Positions 63,272-64,000 of a DNA stretch of 64,000 nt are shown in pieces. Origin of the DNA: Vulcanimicrobiota bacterium (lineage in GTDB: Bacteria > Vulcanimicrobiota > Vulcanimicrobiia > Vulcanimicrobiales > Vulcanimicrobiaceae); assembly GCA_963714015.1 (NCBI GenBank), contig OY970223.1:1696001-1760000 (forward strand), written 5' to 3'. A model generated the notes under the pieces. It searched no databases. It saw only the letters and a program-made list of their open reading frames with translations, and had not been told where the DNA came from. Numbering within the stretch: the first letter of the stretch is position 1; each line of letters starts with the position of its first letter. A program made the position numbers and the translations under genes.

Positions 63272-64000
63272 ATGCCGCCGCTTCATTTTCTCGCTTTCCT
63301 GCTCTTGGTGCCGGCCGCGGCTGCTACCGCAACATTCGCAATACCGGCCTCGCCCGCACAGAAGGTGTTCAGTGAGGCTCGGACGCTCTGCAAGGCCGAC
63401 GGCGGAAGGCTTTGGGGCGTTTCGTTGTGCGGTCCAATTATGCTGGCCGATCCGGCGACGCATCAAGCGGTCTCTAACGTTCCCGTTAAAGGAGCGCTGC
63501 GCGATGGTGCGCTGTACCGGTTCGTGTTGCCCGCCTCAGTCAACGTCGCCAACGCGCCCGCGCAGTTCGGCGGAATTCGTTGGGCGCAGATCATGTGGCC
63601 GATGAGCGGCTCAGCGCAGGACCGTGCCGTCGTTTTGATGCACGAGTCGTTTCATCGAATACAGCCGCAGTTGGGCTTCGAGTTCAACAGTACGAGAAGC
63701 ATCTCCGGCGCCGGTTATCTCGATACGCTAACGGGTCGAGTTTGGCTGCGCGGGGAGATGCATGCGCTGAGAAGCGCATTGAACTCCGGCGGCAGCCATC
63801 GCCGTGAAGCGCTCGCCGATGCACTGCGTATGCGGCTCTACCGCCATGTGCTGTTCGCGCAAGCGGCGCAGGACGAGCGCGAGCAAGACCTACTGGAAGG
63901 TTTGGCCGAATCAACGGGGATCGACGCTGGCCTGCCGTCTCAAGAGCGAATCGGTTACGCGATTCACGATATCGATCTCGTCGAGGAACAGCCCAGTTAC
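63272..64000 (+). CDS. Secreted putative zinc metallopeptidase (partial; absent from the ORF track)
   Basis: RBS AAAGGAG, signal peptide, HESFH at 63641-63655, downstream EGLAE; frame open to the window end. Confidence 0.75.
   Translation, partial: MPPLHFLAFLLLVPAAAATATFAIPASPAQKVFSEARTLCKADGGRLWGVSLCGPIMLADPATHQAVSNVPVKGALRDGALYRFVLPASVNVANAPAQFGGIRWAQIMWPMSGSAQDRAVVLMHESFHRIQPQLGFEFNSTRSISGAGYLDTLTGRVWLRGEMHALRSALNSGGSHRREALADALRMRLYRHVLFAQAAQDEREQDLLEGLAESTGIDAGLPSQERIGYAIHDIDLVEEQPSY

Overview
GC-rich bacterial chromosomal window of about 60 genes, mostly secreted or envelope proteins, transporters, oxidoreductases and one-component regulators. A TonB-dependent receptor and beta-barrel proteins indicate a diderm. 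The many Pro/Ser-rich secreted proteins and lipoproteins suggest a soil lineage such as Eremiobacterota/Vulcanimicrobiota or Acidobacteriota (inference only). I found no rRNA, tRNA, CRISPR, transposase or prophage genes. About nine otherwise intact genes carry single-base frameshifts, most likely sequencing or assembly errors. Most notable: (1) a small exported lipopeptide gene with a strongly structured leader directly upstream of a helical-repeat/LuxR-HTH regulator, a candidate peptide-signalling cassette (26.8-28.8 kb); (2) a probable selenoprotein, a thioredoxin-fold/TPR protein with an in-frame UGA in a UxxC motif and a SECIS-like hairpin (30.8-31.4 kb); (3) a SoxR box and 19-bp-spacer leaderless promoter driving an SDR + QueA-like operon; (4) divergent twin PadR genes with four operator boxes controlling an ADOP permease and its ATPase and adaptor. 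All calls come from reading motifs by eye; no database searches were run.
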